53,773 nucleotides of DNA from Dirinaria sp. TL-2023a (GCA_051941275.1 JAVEBF010000017.1:1-53773), one strand, 5' to 3'; shown: positions 35,869-46,875, numbered from the stretch's first letter. Notes: generated by a model not told the origin, from the sequence alone. Translations and numbers: made by a program.

Positions 35869-37436
35869 ATGGAGTTCATGTCTGCACTGCAGAATGGCTA
35901 TGATGAATCAAAGCCCTCTCTGTTTGGTCATACTCCCACAAATCCTGAAAGAAGGTCTACTGATCGTATATAGAACTCCTCTCCGAGCAACAACTATCCA
36001 CCCTAATTCCTCCTTCTCTTCGCTACCTTCTTGCTCTTGCTACTCATCGTCGCCCACGCTACCTTCTCCGAATTCTCAACTCTTTCGATGAGTTGTACGC
36101 TCTGCTTGCACTCATTATTGAGCGACACTACCTCCTCACTTACGGCGGCAGCTTTACTGAGAACTTCTATGGCCTCAAACGTGAACGAGTCCTTCGCATC
36201 AATGGTGGAGAAGCTCCTCGCGCTAGGATTGGAGCGCCGTCATTGATGCGTGAGACTCTGAGGCTACGGACAAAGGACGTGTGGGCGAATTTGGCTGTTT
36301 TGATTGGATTGCCCTACCTGAAAAGGAAGCTGGACGAGAATTTTGACATCTATGCGTCCCATGCGACATTTCTGGGGCCAAATTACAGCAGAGATACACT
36401 TCCGAACAATCCGACCGTACGACAAAGGATACTGTGGTGTTACAAGTGGTTTCTGCGGAATATTTACCCCAGCATTAACGCAGCGTACTATTTCTCGCTC
36501 TTAGTATTCAATCTTGCTTACCTTTTCGACAACGCTCAAAGCTCTTCTCCCTTTCTTTGGTTGATTGGAACACGTATCCGAAGAATGGGAGAAGCCGACT
36601 ATCGGGCTATTGCGCTTGCGGATGACCACGCTTCTTCGTCTGCCACAAGGCCAACAGAGGGTCTCCGCCCTGGCCAGAACAACAGTGTATTGTCTCCTAA
36701 AACTATGGGTCGTGTAATTTATCCTAAACTATTGTCGGGTTTGAGGATTCTCTTACCGACGAGTGTTTTTGCGCTCAAATTTTTAGAATGGTGGCATGCA
36801 AGTGACTTTGCTAGACAGCTGTCAAGAAAAGCTGCTGAAGGGCTGGATCTCCCCCCTCCAGTTATATCTGGTTTACCAGCAGAAAAGAGCCAACAGCCTC
36901 AACTAGCCAGACCAGAAAGACCTTTGCAAAACCTTTCTCAAATTACAACGGCGAACACAGTCTCTCTCTCATTGTCAGCTCCTCTACCGTACCCGCCTTC
37001 TCCATCAAAAGAGACCAGTCTAATGCATTCCATTCCAGCGCAGCTATTGAAACCTCCACGACCAATCTCTTCTCTCACACAACTCCCCATTTTGACTGTT
37101 CCTCCTTTAACACAACGCACTTCACCGCTATGCCCTATCTGTCTTTCCACTATCCAAACACCCACTGCTGTACAAACAGGCTATGTTTTCTGTTATACAT
37201 GCATTTTCAAATGGGTCGAGGGTAGCCATGAGCGGCAACAGCGCTTTATGGAAGGAAACAGCGGTGGGATCGAGGGCTGGGGAGAGGATGAAGAGGCCGC
37301 GGAGGCCGAGAAAGATGGCTACAATTTTAAAGATGGGAACAAAGAAGGAAGATGGGAGAGCGGTCGGGGCCGCTGTGCGGTTACAGGAAGACGGGTTTTA
37401 GGAGGCACGGAGGGGCTGAGGAGAGTCATTGTGTGA
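35869..37436 (+). CDS. PEX12: Peroxin 12, RING E3 component (2 exons)
   Basis: MEFMSALQNGYDESKPSLF|ELLSEQQL, GGSFTENFYGLKR, FALKFLEWW, CPIC...TGYVFCYTC and GRCAVTG. Confidence 0.94.
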
Positions 37437-37914
37437 GGAAGATTGAGCTAAGCTGAACCGCGGCGTCCGGTCAGTGAAGACATTAAAACCCTCCGCCTCT
37501 ACGGCGATTCCGTCCCCGTCAGAGGTCTGGCTCTCAAGTCAGCTGGACATTCTGTGCAAGCTTTCTTCGGGTTAACAAAACCTTGTCGAGTCCTTCAAGT
37601 CTCAATTTCCCAATTGATGTAATGGCCAGTGAAGCTCTGGGTATATTGAGTCATCGCTAAAACCAGCGTATGCGGCTCAGTGGCAGATGACATGTCCTGC
37701 TCGTTGATTCTCCATGCTCTACCAAACCTCCATGTCTTTACTAACCAGGAGGCTTCCGCTACATAAAATCACAAGTCAGGGATTCTATTCCCACGGCTAG
37801 ACAATCAGTCTGGGACGCAAAGCCGACATATTCAGTCCTCCCAGATCCTCAGCCCGTCCCTTCGGGCTGCATAAAAGTTCATGAATCACTCACATCCTCC
37901 CTTCGGCTCCCGAG

Positions 37915-38323
37915 TCAGTCCATCACGACCGTAACCTGCATCTCCTTCTCTTTCTGGTAAGTGGCCGGAGAATTGTCTATCTTATGCTCCAGCGATTGAA
38001 CTATATGCTTCGTCATTGTCTCGGCCTCCCGTAACGTGTCCGCCTTGAAATTTCGCTCACGGCTCAGCAGCGGTTCCACAATCCCGTGCAGACATCAACA
38101 GGTATGTGTCAGGCAGCGAAGAGCTTAGCTGCGGCCACGTCAGCCCGGCGAGTAATAGAGCTAGCCGTAGCTGAAGGAAAGGTTGGTGTGTCTTTCCAGG
38201 TCGATGACGGGTTCGGTGGGGAGGAGGTGGGGCGATGATTTGTTGGACGAGTTCGGTCTGGAGGCTCTGTAGAGATGGGATGGAAGTGGAGGGATTCGGC
38301 CGTGATGGGACTTGTGCGGCCAT
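37915..38323 (-). pseudogene. Decayed F-box protein gene
   Basis: SLQSLQTELVQQIIA, a +1 frameshift in a C-run, then HLLPTEP...ALRCLTHTC*CLHGIVEPLL... with four internal in-frame stops (TAG, TGA, TAA, TGA). Confidence 0.6.
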
Positions 38324-38977
38324 AATTAAGTCTGTTAGATATGACGATCTATTCGGACGCATTACGAGGATAAAACACGACTGTATGTTGAAGCTTTTTC
38401 GACTCGAGGCATGAAGCTCAAGAGACGATCAACATCATCGCGCTACTGTTTGCTGATTCATAAAGATGAAACTGTCATATAATTTTTCGGCTTAATGATT
38501 GAAATGACAAGCGCGAGAAGAATCGCAAGATGTGCTTTTGAGGGATGCATCCAATGATCTAGCTTTGACAAAGATTATAAGCAAATTGAGCCGTCATGTA
38601 GGCGCTAATGACGGATCTTACCAACAGCTAAGGTTTTTCTAGCACCCATAGATCCCATGACTCCCCTCACGGCCCTAAATGGCAGGCTCTCAATTGTAAT
38701 TACATCGATCTGCAAAAGTAGAAGCTTCCTAACTTTCATCTGCAGAACGTATGATTGCTGCATATTATCACGCCGTTAGACGCTAATCCAGCGCGAACTA
38801 CCCTAACTCATATGTGCAATTAGGTATTCATGGCAGAGCCTCTGGATCACAATACCCATTTGACCGGGATCACGAGTATCTTTACTTGACGAATTATGCA
38901 GCTTCGCAGTGGGTTAGCTCAAAGCGCTGGTATATCTAAGCAGCCCTAAGCAATGGAGGATAGAGAAGCTTGCAGCT

Positions 38978-40483
38978 TCAGAGTTTAGTCTCCTGTCTCG
39001 CAAGTTCATTAATCTTCCGACCAGGCTGGCTACATGCAACAGAAGGACCGGGGCTGTCTTCGTCACTTGAGCCTCTCTGCGTCTTCATCATTGCCATTCT
39101 TTGCTGATTCTGAAGTCTTGCCGACACTAGCCACTGCAATTGTAGACGCATGGCACTTATCGCAGAGTTGGTATGTGACATGTCTTCTTTAAGTCGTAAA
39201 CTCTCATTCATGAACGTCATGCTTGTCTTTGCATCGAGTTCAGAGACAGTAGCAGCTACACGACTGATCTCTTCCCGAAGAGACTCATGAAGGCACAGGA
39301 GGTGATGAGCAGTAGAGTCAAAAGGTCCATCGGCGCTTGTAGGGGCAACAGATGCAGGTGATTCCACAAGAGTGATGTTTGGCGTAAGCGTGTCTTGAAT
39401 GCTCCTGAAAGAAGTCTCGAGTATTGAGTTCTTGCGCTGCAAAAGTTTCAAAGCTGCTTCGTGAGAGTCGAGCATTTCAGTCTGACTTTTCAGAAATGGA
39501 ACAAGCTTAGCAAGGGCGCAGGTGGATGTGTGCAAGTCCAGTACTGAGCGAACACCCACGAACTCGCAACCATAGAGCGAAGCCGGACAACGTCCGATGC
39601 AGTCCGGACAAGTGTCCACATGAGCTTCAATATCGGTACATCTGACTGACTTTTGGCAGTGTGGGCACGAGATCATGCGATTGCTACAATACTTTTGGTT
39701 GTGTGCATCAACGTTCAGTTCCATGAGATCTGCATCGCAGTTGTCGCAACATATGACCTGGTGGAGACACCGCCCCAGAACTGTGTCCTTACGTGGAACC
39801 GAAAGCGGGCAACCGCTATCAGGGCATCTGACCTCCGCAAAAGCGCAATATCGGTCAATGTGGTCTTGGATTGAGCTGCGGGCCATTTCGACGCCGCATC
39901 CCTCGCTTGAACGAGGGCACCTGACTTTGAGGTCGTCCACGATGTGCCTGATGATTCTTGGTGCTTCCGATATGTCCGCTCGAGAGACACTTTGCCTACA
40001 AGCGGGACAACTTCGAGAAGTTTCTTCCTGGGTTTGTAGACTTTGTGTGATGCAGGCTCTGCAGAAGTAGTGCTCACAAGATAGTTTCAGGGGCGAATCG
40101 AAAGGGCAATAGCATATAGGACACAAAAGATTATGATCGACGGCCCCAACGTAGCTCAGCGCTTTCATATCGATTAATGGCATCTTGGACTCTTGCTGCA
40201 GAATGGGCCCCAAGACATTGACTGTGGGCGACGAGGCCGGTGGCGGGTTGAAGATTTCTTGGCGGGACACTACCGAGTCAGCAATGACTGGTTCATTGCG
40301 ACGCCGAGCAAGATGGCTGTCATGGTGTTCATTTGTACTAAGCGGCAAATCCTGTAATCCGGCCATTTGAGAAATCGAGCTGAGATTTTCATGCGGCTGA
40401 GGGGCGGTTGCAGACCCAGAAGGGAAGACAAGCTCAGTATGATGGAATTGCAGTCTGTCGTATTGCTCCGACACATCCGACAT
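38978..40483 (-). CDS. RING finger plus TRAF-type zinc-finger, coiled-coil protein (TRAF-like, no MATH domain evident)
   Basis: Intronless 501 aa. C3HC4 RING CPIC...CEHYFCRAC...CPACR, repeated H..C...CP..C TRAF-type fingers and a heptad-rich C-terminus. Confidence 0.88.
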   Translation of the reverse strand: MSDVSEQYDRLQFHHTELVFPSGSATAPQPHENLSSISQMAGLQDLPLSTNEHHDSHLARRRNEPVIADSVVSRQEIFNPPPASSPTVNVLGPILQQESKMPLIDMKALSYVGAVDHNLLCPICYCPFDSPLKLSCEHYFCRACITQSLQTQEETSRSCPACRQSVSRADISEAPRIIRHIVDDLKVRCPRSSEGCGVEMARSSIQDHIDRYCAFAEVRCPDSGCPLSVPRKDTVLGRCLHQVICCDNCDADLMELNVDAHNQKYCSNRMISCPHCQKSVRCTDIEAHVDTCPDCIGRCPASLYGCEFVGVRSVLDLHTSTCALAKLVPFLKSQTEMLDSHEAALKLLQRKNSILETSFRSIQDTLTPNITLVESPASVAPTSADGPFDSTAHHLLCLHESLREEISRVAATVSELDAKTSMTFMNESLRLKEDMSHTNSAISAMRLQLQWLVSARLQNQQRMAMMKTQRGSSDEDSPGPSVACSQPGRKINELARQETKL

Positions 40484-40813
40484 GTACAGTAGTTGGGCCC
40501 CTGGTCTAATTGCTTTGAATTGAAGCTTCCGGTCTCATGATATTAATTATGCGGAGTGCTTCCAATGCTGGCATGGCTTTCAGGGCAGGTGTCTAAACCT
40601 CTCGGCCGCGTTGCCTTTGCTGGATGCGAACCATGCGAGATACTTCATACGAGTACATAGGCCTGGTCGGGATTCTCTTACGGGCCTGCGACTGAAGGTT
40701 TGGTGGCAGACCGAGGAAAAGTGCCTCTACCTGACGAGCTCAAAGCCTCGACTACATCCGAAGAATTGACGTGCTCGTTAATAATCCGGTCACCTTGCAT
40801 GGCCATATAATAT

Positions 40814-41362
40814 GGGGGCCTCTATTCGTACCCGTGTTTGGCCAATCGTACCCGCCAAGCCGTCAACCCTAAGAAAGTCTCAGGGTTGCTGCAGGGCTAT
40901 TAGTAAGCACACACAAATGGAAGATTTCCAGCATCCACACACACCTCCTGCATCTACACCTCCTGCATCTACATCTTCTTCATTGCTTCATCATCATGGA
41001 GCGATCGTTTTCTTCATTTGTTGCAGGGGACTATGTGTCCACCGAGCCTGCGATAGCGATGAGCCCTCCGCCAATTGATGACGTGGAGTGTGCAACAGAT
41101 GCGAAGTTGCTTCGCGCGATCAATGTCTTCGTCTTCAAGCAGAACTATATCATGATCGTTATAAAAGCTCTGAAGCAATGAAGAAGATGTAGATGGAGAA
41201 GGTGTAGATGCAGAAGGTGTGTGGATGTTGAAAATCTTTCAGGTATCTTAAGAGAACTTAGGTGTGTGCTTGATAATAACCCTGCAGCAACCCTGAGAAC
41301 CTCTTAGGATTGACGGCTTGGCGGGTACGATTAGCCAAACACGGGTACGAATAGAGGCTCCC
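40814..41362. mobile_element. Non-autonomous DNA transposon (MULE-like, long TIRs), 549 bp, related to the 2477-3039 element
   Basis: TIRs ~40814-40990 and ~41171-41362, 57/60 identical over the outer 60 bp. Perfect 8-bp TSD TATAATAT at 40806-40813 and 41363-41370. Internal 61-aa ORF at 40996-41181. Confidence 0.93.
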
Positions 41363-41651
41363 TATAATATTTGGAGGGATGTAAATCGGAGGTTTGGCGG
41401 GACTCGGCAACAGGCGCCGATAGTGATACCCAATTGTCGTCCCTTTTGAGTTAGGCCCGTTGGCTTTTCTAAGGTAAGATACCTTACCTTAACTTACGCT
41501 ACTTCACTAGCGCAGTTTCAATGGATAAGGTATCACATGACGCTTGGCTTTACTTCTGCTTTACTAGTACCGTTGTCGCTTAAAAGTCTGGTCAAGACTC
41601 GAGAGAGATATTGGCATTGAACGCATCAGTGCCGACCTCCCCCACTACCCA

Positions 41652-42547
41652 ATGATGTCAAATCCGTCACAACTATATCTACTCGCCGACCATATCAAGC
41701 TATCGCTTCTAGAAAGACAGCGGGCTATCTCTTTAAATCTTGAACCTAATTCTCAAGATGGCCACATCTCGAGATCGCTGGATTCCATGCGCGAAGGTAT
41801 CGAAGCACTGGAACGTGAGCAAGTGCAGTTAGAAGAAAGTGGGGATACGTAGGCTTTACCAATTCCTCGGATTTATACCATGGCTAAATTTGACCTAGTA
41901 CCTCATCTTTGAACCTGCAAGACCAAGCTTCCCGCCTTCGATCCCAATACGACGACCTGCAGTCTCAGTTCCGTGGCTTTCCTACAAGCACAACCTCGAC
42001 AACAACCATCAAACCCAATGACCCATTTTTAAGCGCTGATTTCACCCATGCCAGTTCCCCAACACTCCGAACTCCATCTTCGTCAGCTCTTAAGCGCTCC
42101 GTGCAATCTCCCAATCCTTCTAAATCTGTTCGCTTCACCGATAATCCCAACAGAGGCTCTGAATTCGTCAATCAAGCTAATCAAGCCGCTTTGCTCCCAT
42201 ATCACGATGAGCCTGAACAGGCACCACCAGATCAGGATCAATTGAACAATCAGCAGATACACGAGTACCACAAAAGTGTGCTAAGAGATCAAGATGATCA
42301 GCTTGATAGGCTAGGGGGCAGCATCGGAAGGCAAAGGGAGCTGAGCATCCAGATTGGCGACGAGTTAGATGATCAGGTGCAGATGTTGGACGACGTTGAG
42401 GAGCACGTAGACCGGCATCAAAACACCCTGGATCGGGCCAGAAAAAGTTTAGGAGATGTTGCACGGAAAAGCCGGGACAATAAGCAGCTGACTATTATCC
42501 TTATCCTCATCATTATCCTCGTGTTACTGATAATTATCCTTAAATAG
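41652..42547 (+). CDS. SYN8: Endosomal Qc-SNARE syntaxin-8 (2 exons)
   Basis: SQLYLLADHIKLSLLERQRA N-terminus, SNARE motif DQDDQLDRLGGSIGRQRELSIQIGDELDDQ and a C-terminal TM anchor. Confidence 0.92.
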
Positions 42548-42898
42548 CACTATCGGCGTACTGCTTTTGGCCAGGGCATTTTGGTAAAGGAAGCGAACGG
42601 CGCAGATGTGATCCCAGGGGTTTTTCGGCTGTGCGGCCGAGGCGGTATCTAGAGAAGGAGAATTTCCTGCGATCGACCTTCTAGCATATATTCGAAAGGA
42701 GAATCTTGATCTCGATGCATCTGAAGTAAGGTTTTGAATCACGTACAGTCACTAACGATGCTCGCTGCTTGAATGGCTGCATGCAGTATTATATCGAACG
42801 TAGGACGACGGTCAGTGAAGTAACTATGATACAGTCCTGCTTCAGCCGTCTGTTTAGCCACTATCACCCAATAAGTGCCACCTTGATCAAGTCCGCTT

Positions 42899-43453
42899 CT
42901 ACTTTCGGGTACCATGCTCGTGGTCCTTCTCCATTGACTCGCTTGACTGCTTCTGTAACGATTCGATGTCTTTATGTGCGTCGTCTATCTCGTGTCTATC
43001 CGCCTTGATCTACTTCGGCAAAAGCACAGTCAGCGACTAGATCCTCACTTGGTTTTATGATAAGCGACATACCGCGCTCTCGCTGTTGCTTCCTAGCTCC
43101 CTCTTCCAGTGGCCTTTACCCTCTTTCTGTTTGTTGAGTTGGTCATGTTTATGATGATCAATGTCGGCAGCTTTCTCCTCGTCTGCTTTACCAGATCTCC
43201 TCTTAGCAGTGTTTCTAATGGAGACTCTATTTTCTCAGGTTTACACGCCAAAAAGCCTTGTTTTCGAGCAGACTAGGAGAGTTTAAGTAGGAGAAACAGA
43301 AAACTACAAATACTTACGCCTACTATGGTCCGATTCGCTCAATGCCGCGCGTGATCGAGAGATATGAAATGGCCGGCTTCCCGCAGAGGCAGCTGGCAAA
43401 CGAGGGGACGCGCAAGAAATCGACCGTGAAAGTGTTTTGGTCAGAAATGACAT
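42899..43453 (-). CDS. Small (~110 aa) uncharacterised protein with a mitochondrial-type presequence (3 exons; absent from the ORF track)
   Basis: MSFLTKTLSRSISCASPRLPAASAGSRPFHISRSRAALSESDHSR|..EEKAADIDHHKHDQLNKQKEGKGHWKRELGSNSESA|IKADRHEIDDAHKDIESLQKQ...GTRK*. Donors gtaagt (43317) and gtatgt (43072), with branch points and in-phase acceptors. Confidence 0.8.
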
Positions 43454-43539
43454 AGTGGAGGGACGATTGGTTCAAAATCTGCTGGTCGTTCCTGCGATGG
43501 TCTGCTATAATTTGTAGTCGAGATCGGTAGTACAGTGAT

Positions 43540-43700
43540 TAAAGTAAGGTACGACTTACCTCGGTACCTCAATAAGTAGACGTCATCGATACGGTATCAT
43601 ACAATGTTTTACGGTAAGGTGCGGAATTACCTTAGGTAGTACCTTAGATAATCTTACATTAAGGTAAGGTAGTCTACCATAAGCTAAGGTACCTTACCAT
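43540..43700. promoter_or_regulatory. GGTAAGGTA/TACCTTAC motif cluster in a divergent intergenic region
   Basis: gtaaggtac, cttacctcggtacctc, ggtaaggt, ttaccttaggtagtaccttag, taaggtaaggtag and taaggtaccttacc within 160 bp. Confidence 0.45.
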
Positions 43701-43822
43701 CTCAGACGATTTATACAATTACGTCAGTCCAAAGGATCCAATTGATTTTACTCTGCCCTGCACAAGGACTGTGCTGCCACGGGTGGCGATGCCAATATTA
43801 TTCTAGAAGCTTGGCGTTGGTG

Positions 43823-44377
43823 ATGCAGCCAGACAAAATCCCCACATCCATTCCTGATGCAGTCCGAATGTCGTATCGCATTGGCCGCGGCGAACAAGGT
43901 GTCTTGACATTCGAGCCATACAAGTCTGCCCTACTACCTCATTGGCGCTTTCGGACTGCTAAAGTGGCTGAGGAATCTTCGTCGATCCTTTGGGAGAAGT
44001 TCCTTGAGTACGACGCCGTTGATGACTTTGTAGGTATGGACATGACACGCAAATTCGTTCAGATGGGTATGACACGGGCCAAACGATATGCCAACCACAA
44101 AGGCGGAAGAAAGTATGATGCAGAGGGAAAGGAGAAAGCCAGAGTCGACCACGAGAGCAAGGCTGAGAAAGAGGAGGCTAGTCGTATATTTAGGGAGGTT
44201 TGGGAGAGGTGCAAAGCGCATGGGGGATACGTCCGGAAGAGGCAGCAATTTCTGAACCATCAGAAGATTTGGGCTCAGAAACAAGCACTACCAAAAAACA
44301 CGTCAGACAATTCCACGACCGCGCCGAGGCCGGAAGGAAAGACAGGAAGTCAGAAGAAGACTGCAGCCGCAGGCTGA
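43823..44377 (+). CDS. DUF4385-family protein (intronless)
   Basis: YRIGRGEQGVLTFEPYKSALLPHWRFRT and DFVGMDMTRKFVQMGMTRAKRYANHKGGRKY match the DUF4385 signature as recalled. ATG 43823 is preferred over the non-ATG start at 43742. Confidence 0.85.
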   Translation: MQPDKIPTSIPDAVRMSYRIGRGEQGVLTFEPYKSALLPHWRFRTAKVAEESSSILWEKFLEYDAVDDFVGMDMTRKFVQMGMTRAKRYANHKGGRKYDAEGKEKARVDHESKAEKEEASRIFREVWERCKAHGGYVRKRQQFLNHQKIWAQKQALPKNTSDNSTTAPRPEGKTGSQKKTAAAG

Positions 44378-44489
44378 TCGGATGGCGTCCAGCGCGTGCG
44401 ATGGATTTGATCTCAGAAGCTTTATAGCGAGTATCCTGAAACTTGCCACGGCCCGCCCGAAGAATTTCAAGACACCAACTTGGTTCATC

Positions 44490-45091
44490 TCAGTTCTCCA
44501 CCTTCGCAGCCTCATCATGCGCGTGTATCTACTGAAGCAGTCAGCATGACTAACTCCATTTCTCACATAGCGATAAATAGTTCCGAACCAATTCAGCGAA
44601 CCTAATCCACTCCCTTACGCCCTTGACAAAGACATCATCGGCCTCAGCCATCTTCTCGTGGCCCCAGATTATCATGTTGTCGAATTCGCCCACCTGCTCG
44701 GAATTTTTCAACTCGTACCCGCACGCCTCTTGATTCTCATCATGGACTACTGCCAATCGTTCTATTGGCTTCGTCCCTGGCTCGAACTTGGCTCCTTTTA
44801 TAACGACGCCCTTGCAGCCTTCTGGGACCTTCAATAATCTCCCATTTAGTCTCCTGCCTCGGAAGTAGGCCGCAGTCGTGCCATCTAGGGGCTGGCATCA
44901 GATTACGTATCGTCCGTAGCCCATACGATACTGAACATCAGCGCAGCGAGTCACTTACCCCAGTTTGCCTCGGGATTCCAATACCTGCCCGATGCGTCGG
45001 CTTGTCCATCATGGTGGACGCGGCAGGGCACCAGATTTGGCGTACACTTAGATGGGGTAGCGACTCTTTGGCTTTTCTGAATTGCAATCAT
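44490..45091 (-). CDS. RNH203: Ribonuclease H2 non-catalytic subunit C (3 exons)
   Basis: MIAIQK..CTPNLVPCRVHHDG..YW..|AYFRGRRLNG..VPEGCKGVV..IIWGHE..DDVFVKGVREWIRFAEL|IH. Confidence 0.87.
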
Positions 45092-45528
45092 AACTTTAGT
45101 GACCGTTCTCATATCAATCAGATACAAGGCCTAAAGAGTCGCGCTGCTCAACGCGTTCCACCTTGCCAAGCGTGCCTGCCGCGTTCCTTACCTCTAGCTC
45201 CTAGGCACTCCGGGGTTGTCGGCCCGAAGCATCTTCGATTCTGACGACATGCCGCCAGAATGGCCAGGAGCCCATCAGCATTTCAGTACCTTGAAACTGC
45301 AGCCAACCCCCCCTCCTAGTCCCTTGCAGAGTCTGACTTCGTCGAATGCAGTTGCTAAAAGCCCGAAGCTTCCCCTAACCTTGTCTTGCCATTGATGACG
45401 TACAGGACCATCATCATGCCCGCTGCCCAGGGACTCGTTCAAACAATGGACATCTTGACCACCCAGTTCATCTCACAGTTCTTACTCGTCAGGAATCAGC
45501 AATCTTGTCCAAGTCCCTTGAGCTCATT

Positions 45529-46875
45529 ATGTTCTCCAAAAAAGCTTTATTCGCAGCCGCCGCCACCGGCTTTGCTAAATTGGCCGTCTCTCAGCAATTG
45601 GCTCAGGATCCAGGCCGTAGTGGCACTCCTCTCGAGGTAGTCCATCTTTACTATGACGAATTTCCACAAGGTTAGGCGCATATTAGTTCCAGCATTAGGA
45701 ACTGGATGATTTAATATAATTCAACCCAGGCATTGCGGTCTCGTCCACTGGCCGCAAATTCTCCAACTATGCCCGCTCTCTGGACCCAAATAACATAGCA
45801 TACACCGTTGCGGAGCTAACGACCAATAACACGGAAACACCGTATCCTTCGGCAGAGATCAACAGTCCTCCGGGCGGCGCAATCAACTATACGACTTCTC
45901 CAGCCACAGGCGCGAATTATGAGGACTATCTTATTGGCGTACAAAGCGTAGTCATCGACCCTAAGGATCGATTATGGCTACTTGATACTGGACGCGCTGC
46001 TATGCAAAACGGCACCAATGTACCGGCCAGCGTCGGCGGACCGAAATTGGTGGGCGTGAATCTTCAGAACAGTAGCATCTTCGCTACAATCGTCTTCCCC
46101 ACGAATGTGGTGTATCCTGATTCAGTATGCTTTTCGATTAGCCCTGCCGTGAGCGCTGCTAACAGGGCGTTAGTATATCAACGATGTTCGGTTTGATCTT
46201 CGTCCAAGTGTGACTGCCTCAGGCCAAGGCATTGCTTACATTACAGATTCGTCAGTAGAAGGCCGCACAGGCATCATTATTGTCGATCTCGGCACGGGGG
46301 AATCGTGGCGCCACCTAGAAGGCATACCGCAAGTCGAGCCCGAGTTCGGATTTGTGGCCGTTATATGGGGTGAACCCGTTTATTCGCTATCTGGGAAGGA
46401 GATCACGACCAGGAGTTTTGGTGCGGATGGCATCGCGCTGTCTGCAGATGGCGGAACACTGTACTGGTCCGTTGTTGGTGGCCGCTACCTCTACTCCGTT
46501 CCCACCGCTCGACTTCGGGACCGGAGCGTGACCAGTGAGATCATGGCTCAAGCTTCTGTTGTCAATCATTTACAGAAAGGCGTCTCGGATGGTCTCGAGA
46601 CGGACAGCAACGGTCTGATCTATGCCGGAAACTTAGAAGATAACAGCATCGAGCTTTTCAATCCGGCGAATGGCACGGTTAGCTTGTTCGCTAGAGACCC
46701 TAGAATGGGATGGGTAGATACACTAAGCGTTGCCACGGATGGGTATGTTTACTTTACAGTCAATCAGATTTGGCGAAGCCCGCTCTTTTATCCGGGGACG
46801 GATAGAAGGCTCAAGCCCTTTGCGCTATTCAGAGCTAAGATGCCGGGAAATGCCATGAAGGTGAATTTACAGTAG
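45529..46875 (+). CDS. Secreted major royal jelly protein / yellow family beta-propeller (3 exons)
   Basis: Signal peptide MFSKKALFAAAATG, GIAVSSTGRKFSNY, VQSVVIDPKDRLWLLDTG, NDVRFDLR, AYITDSS, GADGIALSADG and SDGLETDSNG. Confidence 0.9.
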
